A stretch of DNA of 64,000 nucleotides, taken from assembly GCA_951406725.2 (NCBI GenBank), contig OX597821.1, positions 98,332,001-98,396,000 of the forward strand, written 5' to 3'. The position numbers were made by a program, and so were the translations under genes. Origin of the DNA: Octopus vulgaris (taxonomy: Eukaryota). Shown piece after piece: positions 50,480-64,000 of the stretch. Position 1 is the first letter of the stretch, and each line of letters begins with the position of its first letter. The notes below the pieces were generated by a model. It saw nothing but the letters and a program-made list of their open reading frames with translations, had not been told where the DNA came from and did no database searches.

Positions 50480-51250
50480 GATTATCTTTAGGACCTTCCA
50501 TGAAGCTACTAAACTGAATATTGCAAACTTGAAGTTATAGCACTTGATGTTACTGACAGTTCCCTATCTTCATCTGTCTTCTCATAGGTCAGCCTCTTCT
50601 ATGACCACAAGAACTTCATCCAAATATCTTTGTTGCTGTAATTTCTCGCAGATTACAGTTATACACTGATCCATTGACTGGACTGAGTGGTAAAAATGCA
50701 CTTTATTTCAGCATAATCACACACAAGCTGGTGACCATCAGGGTGGACAGTGTGGACACTAACCCAAATCAGCAGAAAATTTGGGGACAGCAATCACCAA
50801 TACAACCTAGTTCCACAAGTCGTTTAACCACTTCTTGAAGTGTTTGTTTCCTTGGCAAATGCATTTCTGGTTTCATCATGGGTGGTGATAAGTCACTATC
50901 TTCAAAGTTCTTGAGGCTCATATGCCTTGCTAGCTTTGCAATGACACTGAATCTCTACACCACAGAATCACTGTTGGGTAAACCATTTCATTTCTTTCTC
51001 AAGATCTGTATTTTTTGCATCTTTCATATGCTTCATGCCAACACATGATGATTCAGAATTTACATCAATATTATCTTTCAAAGAAAATGCAACAATTTCT
51101 TATCTTCTCTTATGTCCAAAACAGTTTGCTTTCTGACATCAAGCTCTTCACAAACTTGTGCTACCAAAGCACCAACCACTAACTTTTTTCTAAGTTCCAT
51201 TTTCTAACACACAGATGCTTTTTCTTTAGATTACTACTCTCCCTAAATTG
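50480..51250 (-). mobile_element. Decayed Tigger/pogo (CENP-B-like) transposase
   Basis: Minus-strand fragments MELRKKLVVGALVAQVCEELDVRKQTVLDIREDK (HTH), HMKDAKNTDLE..KWFTQQ, and a remnant resembling VHFLP....QPMDQ. Confidence 0.7.
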
Positions 51251-54200
51251 TACAGTAACACAAGTTATGTTGCGTTGCATATGTAGGTTGCTGTCATATT
51301 GTGTGCACTATGCTACCATGTTGAACCAAATGTTCCGACATAATTAAAATACAAGCTTCAAGCTAATTCAATCCGATTTTATCTTTGTTCTTAAGTGCAT
51401 AATTTTTAATTTGATAAGAATTACAGCCAGATTATATCAAAATACTTCACAATACTTCAATTCAACTAAATTATTCTAAAACATATCAGATTCAGTAACT
51501 AAATTTTTCAGGTTTATACAATCAACTTCTCACCATGAAAACTTATGGCCTATTAGAGTGGAGTGTGAAGCAAATACAGAAGAGTATATCATATATAAGT
51601 GACCGACTGAATATAGAGTTTAAGGGGCAAATAGATTTAAATAGTAGGTAAATTAAGAGGCCAAGTAGTTAAGGATGCTGGAAAAAAGCAGTGTATATCT
51701 TAGAGAGGGGACAGAAAAATTAGCTCCCTATTATATTATTGAGCTTACTTAATATTTGATAAATTTATGGAGAGTGTACAATGTTCACCTAGAACACCTA
51801 CAGCATATACACTAACACTGATAGCTACTCTCTAACTCAAATTCCATCTGCTTTATCCAATATCCAGTTTACAATATACAGTTTACTGGCTTAACAGAGT
51901 AAGATTTAATGAAGGTTCCCTGTATAACAGCAGAGAAAACAGTTGGAAGGCTTCCTTGGTATATTTTGTCAAGAACATAACCTCCCTAATGCAGATCTCA
52001 AGATAAAATTCACCAAATACAATCAGTAAATTAATTGTGGATAAGAAAGGCACTGAACCATAGAAACCATGCTGTCCTGCTTTATGAGAAAAATGACCTT
52101 TGCTAATTTACAAGCCACACACAGGCCTTAAAAATTTAGTACAAAATTTCTTTTGATGATATGAAGTTGTCTTTATATCTGCACTTATATTTTTTTAAAA
52201 ATCAAAAGGTAAAAAGAGAGACAGGTGAGGAGAAAGGAAATGAGAATTGTTTTGTATTTACTAAAAAAATTGTACTCTACACTCTTGTGCTTCATGTAAT
52301 AACTGCTCTATATTGTCTTTCCAAAGCACCTGTCCATTCAACAATCAAGACTTTTTTTTTGCTAAGTCATACATCCTTATTGCAATGTAACTTAGGAACA
52401 TGACCACTTTGTTTAAATAAACCCATGTATGTCTCATAAAAAGTAAGTTGGTGAATTTCAGATACTAATTTGATAAAATAATCCTGGTTTGAGGCTTTGT
52501 ACAAAGGAGAATCTGGTAGAAGCAGCAATTTTTACTAAAAACAAAATGTAGTATACTTGGGATTTGAGTATTTGATTTTACATCTGTTCTACAGATATAA
52601 TCTACAATATATTTGTGAAAAGGGCAGAAGTTGTTTCACAAGCAGTTGTGCAGGCAAAAGTGTTAGTAAATGTGGTCAGATTGACTTGAAAATTTGCACA
52701 TCTATGTTAAAAGTGCTGGGGAGTTTGCATGGCAACTTTGAGTTTGCTCAATTGAAAGGTGTGGCCTCTAGGGCAAAATTCCTTATCTTTAAAATGTGGC
52801 CCAAGTAGACCCGAATGAAATCTGGTTATAATACTAGTATTTACTAAATTCTGTAAGGATAAACTTTTCAATCCTTTTACAATATAGTTTTTATTTCATT
52901 TAATGGAATCTTTCATATTACATTCACTGCAGTTTTATAGTCCAATAATGCTTTAATCACAAGAAGGGTTACGTATCTAATCAAGTTTTTTTTTTTTTTA
53001 AATGATTTTTTTTTTTAAAGTTGTTTTAAGTATTCAATTTTTGATTTTTAATTTTTAAGATACTTTAGATTTTTGAAATGAAAAATAAAGATGCACCTGA
53101 TTTTCTTTTGCAGTATTTTTATAGTTCATTTCTTTTTATACTCTTTTACTTCAAGTTTTATTTTTTTAATATTTATTTTGCTAAAAACAGTCTCTTCAAT
53201 TTTGTAAGGTTTGTCTTACACTTAATTGTCTATAACTGCTTTAATAACATGCAGGAATTTACAGTAGTAAGGCTATGGCTTTTAAACCCTAAACTTTTAC
53301 AGGTCACAGTGACACAAAAGTAACCTCATGATTCACACTGACCATGTATTTTGTGTGCTTTCAATCAATGTATAATTAGTCTAATTACAAATATAAGAGT
53401 CTGTGTGACTGTCAACCAAAGTTTGGGACTTGAGGATTGTGTGAACTGATTCTACACACACATCTAATATAAGCATACGTATCCATCGACACATGCTCAC
53501 ACACAAAGTAGATGGCCTGTTATTTTACAGATGGGATAAATAATAGTTTCATTGAAACATGGCTATATATTAAAAAAAAGTTAGGTGCAGGAGTGGCTGT
53601 GTGTTAAGTAGCTTGCTTACTAACCACATGGTTCTGGGTTCAGTCCTACCTTGGGCAAGTGTCTTCTACTATAGCCTTGGGCTGACCAAAGCCTTGTGGG
53701 TTGATTCTGGGAGACGGAAACTGAAAGAAGTCTGTCATGTATGTATGTGTGTATACATATGTGTGTATGTGTGTGTGTGTGTTTGTCCCCCCCCCATCAT
53801 CGCTTGACAACTGATGATGTGTTTACGTCCCCGTAACTTAGTGGTTCGGCAAAAGAAACCGATAGAATAAGTATTAGGCTTACAAAGAATAAGTACTGGG
53901 GTCAATTTACTCGACTAAAGGCAGTGCTCCAGCATGGCCACAGTCAAATGACTGAAACAAAAAGAAAAAAGAAATTGGAAAAAAAATACACATTTACTTT
54001 TTATATCTTGGTATATATATATCTCTTTTACTCTATTACTTGTTTCAGTCATTTGACTGCGGTCATGCTGGAGCACCGCCTTTACTCGAGCAACTCGACC
54101 CCGGGACTTATTGTTTTTTTTTTTTGTAAGCCCAGTACTTATTCTATCGGTCTCTTTTGCCGAACCGCTAAGTAACAGGGACATAAACACACCAGCATCG

Positions 54201-54707
54201 GTTGTCAAGCAATGCTAGGGGGACAAACACAGACACACAAACACACACATGCATATATACATATATACAACGGGCTACCAAATCCACTCATAAGGAATTG
54301 GTCGGCCCGAGGCTATAGTAGAAGACACTTGCCCAAGGTGCCACGCAGTGGGACTGAACCCGGAACCATGTGGTTGGTAAACAAGCTACTTACCACACAG
54401 CCACTCCTATCTATATACAATATCATATACATGCATCCAAGCTCATGTACTTGACTAAAGTGGGCTCCATCTTCATTGATATATAATTTCTATTAAATGA
54501 TTCATGGATTCCCTAGGCACAAGTGCTACAGCACTCATCACATCCACCTACCTTAACCCTTTAGCATTTAAACTGACCATATCAGGCCCAAATATTCTAT
54601 CGGTCTCTTTTGCCGAACCGCTAAGTAATGGGGACATAAACACACCAGCATCGGTTGTCAAGCAATGCTAGGGGGACAAACACAGACACACACACACACA
54701 TACATAC

Positions 54708-54752
<45 letters not shown>

Positions 54753-56305
54753 TACGACGGGCTTCTTTCAGTTTCCGTTTACCAAATCCACTCACAAGGC
54801 ATTGGTCGGTCCGAGGCTATAGTAGAAGACACATGCCCAAGGTGCCACGCAGTGAGACTGAACCAGGAACCATGTGGTTGGTACACAAGCTACTTACTAC
54901 ACAGCCACTCCTGCGCCTATTCAATATTTCAAAGCTGCAAGATTAACGCAGGATTTATTCAAAACAATGTGAATAAATACGCGTTACATCTGACAGAGTA
55001 GTCTGAATATTATAGGGTTTAAAATAGCACAGATCATTACATAGAGCATGCATTCCGTATCAAACTGGTAAAGCTCACCCTTCGTCAAGCTCAAATACAG
55101 CAGATGTCTTCCAAAGGAAAAAGAGAATTAAAGATTGCAGAAACACTGACTGGTGTTTATTTATCAACACCAAAGGAGAAAAAAAAGAGCAAAGTCCATC
55201 TCAGCTGGATTTGAACTCAAAGTGAAAACGGCTAAATGAAATACCCTAAGGCATTTTTATCTGACACTAATGACTTTACCAATTTGTGTGTGTGTGTATA
55301 ATATATAAATCAGAGAAAGAATGGGTGAGAGAGAGCATGCAAGAAAAACCTGACCAATAAGCTCCATATATGTAGAGGGACACGGACACACATACACACA
55401 CACACTTATGTTGCTTAATGCTGGAAGAATGAAAAAGGAACGCTCAAAACATGTGGTAGGGGATATCTCTCTCTCTCTCTTTTCTCTCTTTTACTTGTTT
55501 CAGTCATTTGACTGCGGCCATGCTGGAGCACCGCCTTTAGTCGAGCAAATCGACCCCGGGACTTATTCTTTGTAAGCCCAGGACTTATTCTATCGGTATC
55601 TTTTGCTGAACCGCTAAGTGACGGACGGGGACGTAAACACACCAGCATCAGTTGTCAAGCAATGCTAGGGGGACAAACACAGACACACACATACATATAT
55701 ACATACATACATATATATATACATACGACAGGCTTCTTTCAGTTTCCGTCTACCAAATGCACTCACAAGGCATTGGTCGGCCCGGGGCAATAGCAGAAGA
55801 CACTTGCCCAAGATGCCACACAGCGGGACTGAACCCGGAACCATGTGGTTGGTTAGCAAGCTACTTACCATACAGCCACTCCTGCGCCTGTTTTGTTTTT
55901 ATTATTATTATTATGTTTTGTTTCTATTATCATTAAAAGTGAAGTTGAGAGCCTGACATCGTGATCTTGCTGCAACTTCTGTTGCAGGATAAGCTCTCAG
56001 CTTCAATTTTAATAAATATATATATATATATATATATGCCCATGTTTGCATGGATGTTAGAAGAATGTATCAGTGAGGCATTGTTTTACAGCCAGGTGCC
56101 CTTCCTTTCGCAAACAGTTGTTTTACAAGTAAGAGATCTCTTATTTGAAACGTCTTTGGAAGGCACGAAGTCGGTGGATGATATATTGATGTGAGAAAGG
56201 ACAATAGCATCACTGCCTGTAGCTCACATTATTTGGGGTGGAGTGACACACATGAACGCATGTATACCTGTATATATTATGTCACGTCAGGCGAAATGCC
56301 TAGCG

Positions 56306-57690
56306 GTATTTCGTCTGCTGCTACGTTCTGAGTTCTAATTCCGCCGGGGTCCACTTTGCCTTTCATCCTTTCAGGGTCGATTAAATAAGTACCAGTTACA
56401 CACTGGGGTCGATATAATCAACTTAATCCATTTGTCCCCTCTATGTTTAGCTCTTTGTGGGTAGTAAAGAAATAGTATATATTATGCCAAGCCCATGCTG
56501 GCATGAAATGATACGGACATTAAATGACGACTGCAATAGGTTTCTTTTCCGTTTCTGTTGACCGAATCTATTCACAAGGCCCAAATTGTCATGTAGTAAG
56601 ACTGAACCGAAAGCCATGTGAGTGGGAAGTGAACTTCATAACCACACATCCATGCCTACGCCTATATATATGCGGAGGGAAAGGCAGTGAGCTGGCAGAA
56701 ACGTTAGCACGCCGGGCGAAATGTGTAGCCGTATTTCGTCTGCCGTTACGTTCTGAGTTCAAATTCCGCCAAGGTCGACTTTGCCTTTCATCCTTTCGGG
56801 GTCGATAAATTAAGTACCAGTTACGCACTGGGGTCGATGTAATCGACTTAATACCTATGTCTGTCCTTGTTTGTCCCCTCTGTGTTTAGCCCCTTGTGGG
56901 TATTAAAGAAATAGGTATTTTGTCTGCCACTACGTTCTGAGTTCAAATTCCGCCAAGGTCCACTTTGCCTTTCATACTTTCGGTGTCGATTAAATAAGTA
57001 CCAATTACGCACTGGGGTCGATATAATCAACTTAATCCATTTGTCTGTCCTTGTTTGTCCCCTCTGTGTTTAGCTCTTTGTGGGTAGTAAAGAAATAGTA
57101 TATATTATGCCAAGCCCATGCCGGCATGAAGTAATACGGACATTAAATGACGACTGCAACAGGTTTCTTTTCCATTTCTGTTGACCGAATCTATTCACAA
57201 GGCCCAAATTGTCATGTAGTAAGACTGAACCAAAAACTATGTGAGTGGGAAGTGAACTTCATAACCACACATCCATGCCTATAGATGCGGAGGTAAAGGC
57301 GGCAAGCTGGCAGAAACGTTAGCACGCCGGGCGAAATGCGTAGCCGTATTTCGTCTGCCGTTACGTTCTGAGTTCAAATTCCTCCGAGGTCGACTTTGCC
57401 TTTCATCCTTTCGGGGTCGATAAATTAAATACCAGTTATGCACTGGAGTCGATGTAATCGACTTAATCCATTTGTCTGTCCTTGTTTGTCCCCTCTGTGT
57501 TTAGCCCCTTGTGGGTAGTAAAGAAATAGGTATTTCGTCTGTCTTTATGTTCTGAGTTCAAATTCTGCTGAAGTCGACTTTGCCGTTCATCCTTTCGGGG
57601 GTCAATAGATTAAGCACCTGTTGCGTACTGGGGTCAATCTAATCGACTGGCCCCCTTCCCCAAAATTTCGGGCTTTGTACCTAGAGTAAA
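56306..57690 (+). repeat. Local tandem duplication of a ~610-620-bp unit made of SINE B pieces and a spacer
   Basis: The ~185-bp spacer at ~56475-56658 recurs at ~57098-57281 with the same flanking SINE junctions. Confidence 0.8.
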
Positions 57691-58210
57691 AAAGTATATA
57701 TGTGGAAGGAGAAGGGAGGAAGAGGGAGACACTGGCTTTATATATATATATAAACTCAGCTGTGACAAGAAGATATGACATCTCCCACATGTGGTCGCTG
57801 AATATGCTAGAAGTATCAGTCAATTCACCCACCAGTTCATACCCTATTGTATTAAGTGGAGGGGGCAGCACGCTAGATAATATAGTCATAGGTAAAAAAA
57901 AATACTTAACACGAGACGATCAGGGATGGAAAGCTTTATAATTATAGGCCTTACTCGACACAAGAAAAAAAAATGCAAATGAAACAAATACAAACATTAA
58001 TAATAACAGCCCTAAATGCATTTAATAATCCGCATGACAATATTTGCAATCATCTCATGATGCGCGCGCATTTCCTTGTTTACTTGATAGGAGCACCTGT
58101 TCTCTGTCCAGTATACATATGTCTGTGAGAGCCATATAATAGCAGGCCAACAGGTAAATCCATGCCATGCAAGATAATTTACATTCCCTTTAAACGCATA
58201 TGTAGAACAG

Positions 58211-58243
<33 letters not shown>

Positions 58244-58356
58244 ATTTTATAGAAGGAGCTTCTACAGGACTACAGGACTTCTATAAAATAAATTAATATA
58301 CTCTGCTATGTATTGAGTACCTTATTTACTGTGGTTAACCCCGACTCAACCCAGGA

Positions 58357-58391
<35 letters not shown>

Positions 58392-58395
<4 letters not shown>

Positions 58396-58462
58396 AAATA
58401 AGCAACAAGAATGACTCCAGTAATTTGGTACGATCGGAGTCATTCTTGTTGCTTATTTTGAT
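58392..58462. repeat. Perfect 27-bp inverted repeat in a (TA)n-embedded element
   Basis: ATCAAAATAAGCAACAAGAATGACTCC (58392-58418) pairs with 58436-58462 across a 17-nt spacer. Confidence 0.85.
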
Positions 58463-59751
58463 TATAATCACCCCACGGATTTTTATGGATAACACCATAC
58501 AAAATTCTGGTGCATCTAAATTAAGTACCATATTCATTTGAATCTAAATTTTTGCTGAACTTATATATATATATATATATATAGATATATAGATAAGATA
58601 ACGCAATCAAACATTTTTTTCTGTATAATAAAAATTTATTGAAAAGGAAAAGAAAAAGGTTTTAAAAACCAAAAACTATGTCAGTAAATGGATACATATC
58701 ACATACCTATTTCTTTATTACCCACAAGGGGCTAAACACAGAGGAGACAAACAAGGACAGACAGACGGATTAGGTCGATTATATCGACCCCAATGCGTAA
58801 CTGGTACTTAATTTATCGACCCCGAGAGGATGAAAGGCAAAGTCAACCTTGGCGGAATTTGAACTCAGAACGTACTGCTTAGCATTTCGCCCGGCGCGCT
58901 AACGTGTCTGCCAGCTCGCCACATGTAAATGGGCAAGGTACCTAATGAGCACTCTATATTAATGATGAGTGACATTTTAAAATATACTTGTTTTGCAAAT
59001 CCCACTTCTACAACAACAAACCACACACACACACACAATGTATCTCACTGGTTTTAGTCATTTGGCTGTGGCCATGATTGGGCACCTCCGTGAGGGTTTT
59101 AGTCAAGCAAAACGACCCCAGGATTTTTTTTTTTTAAGACTAGAACTTATTCTATCGGTCTCTTTTGTCAAACCGCTAATTTATGGGGTCGTGAACACAC
59201 CAACACCGGTTGTCAAGCGATGGAGGGGGAGACAAATACTGACATATATAGATATACACGATGGGCTGCTTCTTTCAGTTTCCATCAACCAAATCCACTC
59301 ACAAGGCTTTGGTTAGGTGCCACGCAGTGGGACTGAACTCGGAACCATGTAATTGGGAAGCGAGTTTCTTACCACACAACCACGCCTGTGCCTATGATGA
59401 TAATTGAAGGATGGTGGTAGTCGTATGTATGTATGATTGTACGTATGTAACACTATGTATGTATGTATGTACGTACGTACGTTTCCAACACTAACGCCTT
59501 TTATCATTTAACACATCTTCATAACTATCTCACCACGATCTATATAATAACATATGCACGATAGATGGACGCACATGATCCTAAGACAATTTAATCACAG
59601 AGTGAGTGCACAACGCTTCAACAGGTAGTTGGTGCTATGGTTATTCCGTTGCGAGCTAAACACATGGAAAGAATTGGGCCTCAAATAAATCACAAAAATT
59701 TAATATCTATTGTTTACAATTTATTTGTGGTTAGGTAGACAGACAGGCATA

Positions 59752-59808
<57 letters not shown>

Positions 59809-61235
59809 CGAGAGAGAGAGAGAGAGAGAGAGAGAAAGAAAGAGAGAGAAAGAGAGAGCGGTGGGGAACAAAGAGAGATCCATACTCGCATCATCTTTAC
59901 ATTAAAGTAAGCGGATAGGTTGAAGAAACTGTTTGAGAGAAGTCAGTTGGTTTGACATGGTGGAGAAAGTGACGGTCGTGTTTAAGAGCTGAGCGAACAC
60001 AATATAGTGTGTGTGTGTGTGTAGACATCTACAAAAACAAATCGGTGTATACGTTTAAGTATGGAAACGTGCATCTTATATTTTACTTGCTTCAGTCATT
60101 AGACTGCGGACATTTCTGGGGCAACAGCTTAAAGAATTTTTAGTCGAACGACTCGACTTGATAATAATTCTACCGGACTCTTATGCCGAACCGTTAAATA
60201 ACGGGGACGTAAAGAAACCAACACCGGTGGTCAAGCGGCGGTGGACACACAAACACACACACAGGACGCGTTTCTTTCAGTTTCTGTCTACCAAATCCAC
60301 TCATAAAGGCTTTGGTCGGCCCGAGGCTATAGTAGACAGTTGCCCAAGGTACCACGCAGAGGGACTGAACCCGGAACCATGTGGTTAGGATGCAAACTTC
60401 TTACCATACAGCTGTGTGAGTGTTTGTGTGTGTGTGTGTGTGTGTGAAGAACTATATCATATGGTGAAACTATAGTTCCTTTATTAAAACAAATAGATAT
60501 GTTAAAATAGAAATTATCCGGTCTATATTCGTCAATATGTCGAGTATTGAAGTCGCTTTATAGTTTTACTTCCTTGATCACGGAATCAAGTGCTTCCTTA
60601 TCAATCTGTGTGTGAGTGTGTGTGTGGGGGGGATTAAAGATTTCAATAAAAAGGCTGTTACATATGATATCTAGATGCGCGCGCTAGTGTGTGTGTGTGT
60701 GTGTGTGTGTAAATATGTATGTACATATATCATGGGAGAAGGTACGGAGTTGTAGTGATTGTGAGAAGAGATAGCGATGTTGTTGCGATAACACATCTCT
60801 CCCGATAAAGAAAGCAGCTGCAGTGACGACTACTACTACATTCCTTCATTTGGCCAATGGTGTTTGGAAGGAAATGAAGAGTGTGGAGGGCGAGACGGGG
60901 GGAGATGAATTATATTACGTGAGAGAGAGAAAGAGAGAGAGTAATAGAAGTAAAAATGAAAATCCAGGTCAGATTAAAAGAGAAAGGGAAGAAGGAATGT
61001 AAAGACAGAACAAACGAAATGTAGTGAGTGATAGTAGTATTACATCTGTATTTGAACATTTAACATAGAAGAAGTCACGGTGTGTGTTACCTTCTAGGAT
61101 CAGATAAAATACAAATGGTGGGGAGTTTAGAAATGATAGAAGCATATTTCGGGAAGAGAGAGATTGAGGAAACGAAAGACGGATAATAGAGGAGTGCGTA
61201 TAAATACACGTACATGCACGCGCACACACACACAC

Positions 61236-61302
<67 letters not shown>

Positions 61303-64000
61303 CAATTAAGGATAAAATCTTAATAAGGAATCTTAATGATTAGTTAAATTTGGGTAGTAATGACTTATGTCCCTCTTAGCGTGTGGCATTTATGTGTAAT
61401 AATGCCCTCTATACAATATATATATATATATATGAGATGAAAGATGGAGGGGTTTGGGGGGGGATCTGAGTGGTGTCATTTATTAACTCATCACTTAATC
61501 GGAGAAAAAAGAGTCCAATCGAACATTACAGAGAGAGAACCAAGTGTTGCAAGAAGGCCCTTAGAATTAGTCCCACCGACTATCTCATTACCAAAATCAC
61601 GAAAGAAAGATCTGAAGAAATCAGGAACAAGGTTGATGCCATCATTAGTAGTGCTTAGTGATTTGTTAATTATAAGACGATGGTGGTGGTGGCGCCGGTA
61701 GCAGCGGTGGTGGTGGAATAGTGGTATACCGAGTAGAGTGATGGATAAAGAGCATTATGGTGTTTAGTTACATCCCTTTACACCTTCCAGCGAGCAAGGG
61801 GGAAGAGAGGAGGTCGATAATAAAACATCGCCAATGAGAACTCCTTGTTATTTCATTAGTGTTAACATGTTTAATGCAGTGAGCATTAAAAGGCTAACAA
61901 GGAATAATTTTGTGGTGGAGGAAAATAAAAACAATATTAGTCACAATGATCGTCAATGGCAAACGTTCTATTAGATAGAGTATAGGAGACAACCCCCGGA
62001 ATGTTTTTATCTAATTATGACTTCATCAGCAGTGTAGATTTCGCTGTACTTCCTGAAGTAGTGTTTAAAAATTTTTTAAATCACTGAGTAAATGTCTCAG
62101 CAAAATAGAATTGTGCCGCACTACTGCCATTTAGTCACTCTGTCACAATGATTATTTCTCTCCAACATCCAGCACCTCTTGTGTATCTGTGTTTTTTTTT
62201 TTGTTTACTCTTCCTCTCTCAAGGTTGGAGAATTCAACCGACATATGTCAGCTGTTATTGTATAGCGATTGTAAGGATGATTGTATTGAGAGAAGCAGTA
62301 CTTAACAAAGTAGCGGGAACTGATATCATCCACACGGCGTTTCAGCTGATACTAACGTTGTCATCATTCACTGCTCTAATCTAGTACTATAACTGACTCC
62401 AAAAGGATGAAAGGCAATGTTGACCATTGTGGGATTTGAACACAAAGAGAGAAATTCCAAACTTAACTAGTTCTTTCATTAACAGAGGGTCACAATATTG
62501 TGAGAATAGTCAATCTGAACTGAACTTCAATATGTAACAGGCACATTCTTTTTAGTAAATCCTGGGTAGTGAAGTCATCACAGATAGCATTTGACTCAAA
62601 ATATTGAATGAAAACTGTAAGGTATTTAGTCCAGCTAAATACTCCACTACTTCTAGCAATAGTTTCTTACTGTCACCATGTCACCATAAATGATCACAGT
62701 GCTTATTGAGACCCCCACCCCTCATTTGGTGGATTGCACCTAGAAAGTTACCCTCCCAGACACAAGTCCGGGCAAGTTTGTTTATGGAAGACCAGCAGTC
62801 GCCCATGCATACTGGCCTCCCTTCTCCACACCACCAGTGTTATCCAAGGGAAAGGCAAAGGGGCCGATACAGCTTGGCACCTGTGATGTCACAACTCATT
62901 TCTACAGCTGAGTGAATTGGAGCAACGTGAAATAAAGTGTCTTGCTCAAGAACATAACGTGCAGCCCAGTCCGGGATTCGAACTCACAACCTCACGATCG
63001 TAAGCTCGACGCTCTAACCATTGAGCCATGCACCTTCACAGTGCTTAACTAGTAATAAATTTATCAAATTCAGGAGAAAAGTGAAAGATGAGACCACTAG
63101 CAGGATTTGAACTCAAAACACAGAAGGCAACTAACTTAATTACTAAAAAGTATTCTATCCATCATAAACAACTGTGTCAAGCTCGTTAATAATAATTATC
63201 CTTTCTACTACAGGCACAGAAACTGAAATTTTGAGGGAGGGGATTAGTTGATTACAGCAACCTTAGTGTTCAATTGGTACTTATTTCATTTACCTCGAAA
63301 GGATGAAAAGCAAAGTTGACCTCAGTGGAATTTGAACTCAATGTGAAAATGCAAGAAATATCTATTTCTTTACTACCCACAAGGGGCTAAACACAGAGAG
63401 GACAAACAAGGACAGATAAACGGATTAAGTCGATTATATCGACTCCAATGCGTAACTGGTACTTATTTAACCAACCCCGAAAGGATGAAAGGCAAAGTCG
63501 ACCTCGGCGGAATTTGAACTCAGAATGTAATGGCAGATGAAATACCGGTAAGCATTTCACCCGGTGCGCTAATGTTTCTGCCAGCTTGCCACCTTATAAT
63601 GGAAGAAATATCATTAAGTATTTTGACCAGTGTGCTAACAATTCTGCCAGCTCGCCGCCACTTTATAATAATAATTAGAGCTGGCAGCATTGTTAGCATG
63701 CCAGACAAAATGCTTAGGGGCATTTCATTCGTCATGTTTTGAGTTCAATTTCCACCAAGGTCAACTTTACCTTTTATCCTTTCAGGGTAGATAAAATAAC
63801 TATCAGTTGAATACAAGTGTTGGTGTAATCAATTCCTTCCCACCCACAAAATTTCAAGCCTTGTACCAACAGCAGAAAGGATTGTTGCTATAATTTTTTT
63901 CAACTATTATTTCAAATTTTGACAAATGACCAGCAATTTTAGGGAAATGGTGATTAGTCAGTGACATCAACCCCAGTTCTTAGCTGGTACATTATTTTAT

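Noticed and set aside
27950-62050. Other CTGANGA motifs (e.g. ~27953, 29979, 34849, 48032, and 62023 on the minus strand)
   Set aside because: I could not build stems I-III with a correctly placed GAAA and NUH site.
352-63742. Most ORFs in the six-frame track, including recurrent MLAWVGRF..., MLGGQTQTH... and MIISTPVRNWY... peptides
   Set aside because: They are translations of SINEs, MITEs and microsatellites, many with non-ATG starts, and show no protein-family signal.

Overview
AT-rich, microsatellite- and TE-dense metazoan DNA. The repeat landscape points to an octopus or other coleoid cephalopod (inference). Nearly all ORFs in the supplied track are spurious. The one real gene is the 5' part of a focal adhesion kinase (FAK/PTK2) gene on the minus strand. 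Three FERM-domain coding exons with canonical, phase-compatible splice sites lie at 26921-26700, 10397-10222 and 8879-8792. A possible upstream coding exon lies at 47021-46953, and later exons appear to lie left of the window. The introns hold four SINE families, two TTAA-flanked piggyBac-like MITE families, a full-length decayed Buster hAT with TSD plus related 200-bp MITEs, and RTE, CR1-like and Tigger/pogo fossils. The standout is a 376-bp insertion at 31729-32104: one 354-bp monomer plus a terminal redundancy, flanked by a 9-bp TSD. It carries a type I hammerhead ribozyme with the Schistosoma-type CAAAUA loop II and looks like a retrozyme copied from a circular RNA. A second, variant hammerhead sits inside a perfect 81-bp inverted repeat at 23271-23446.
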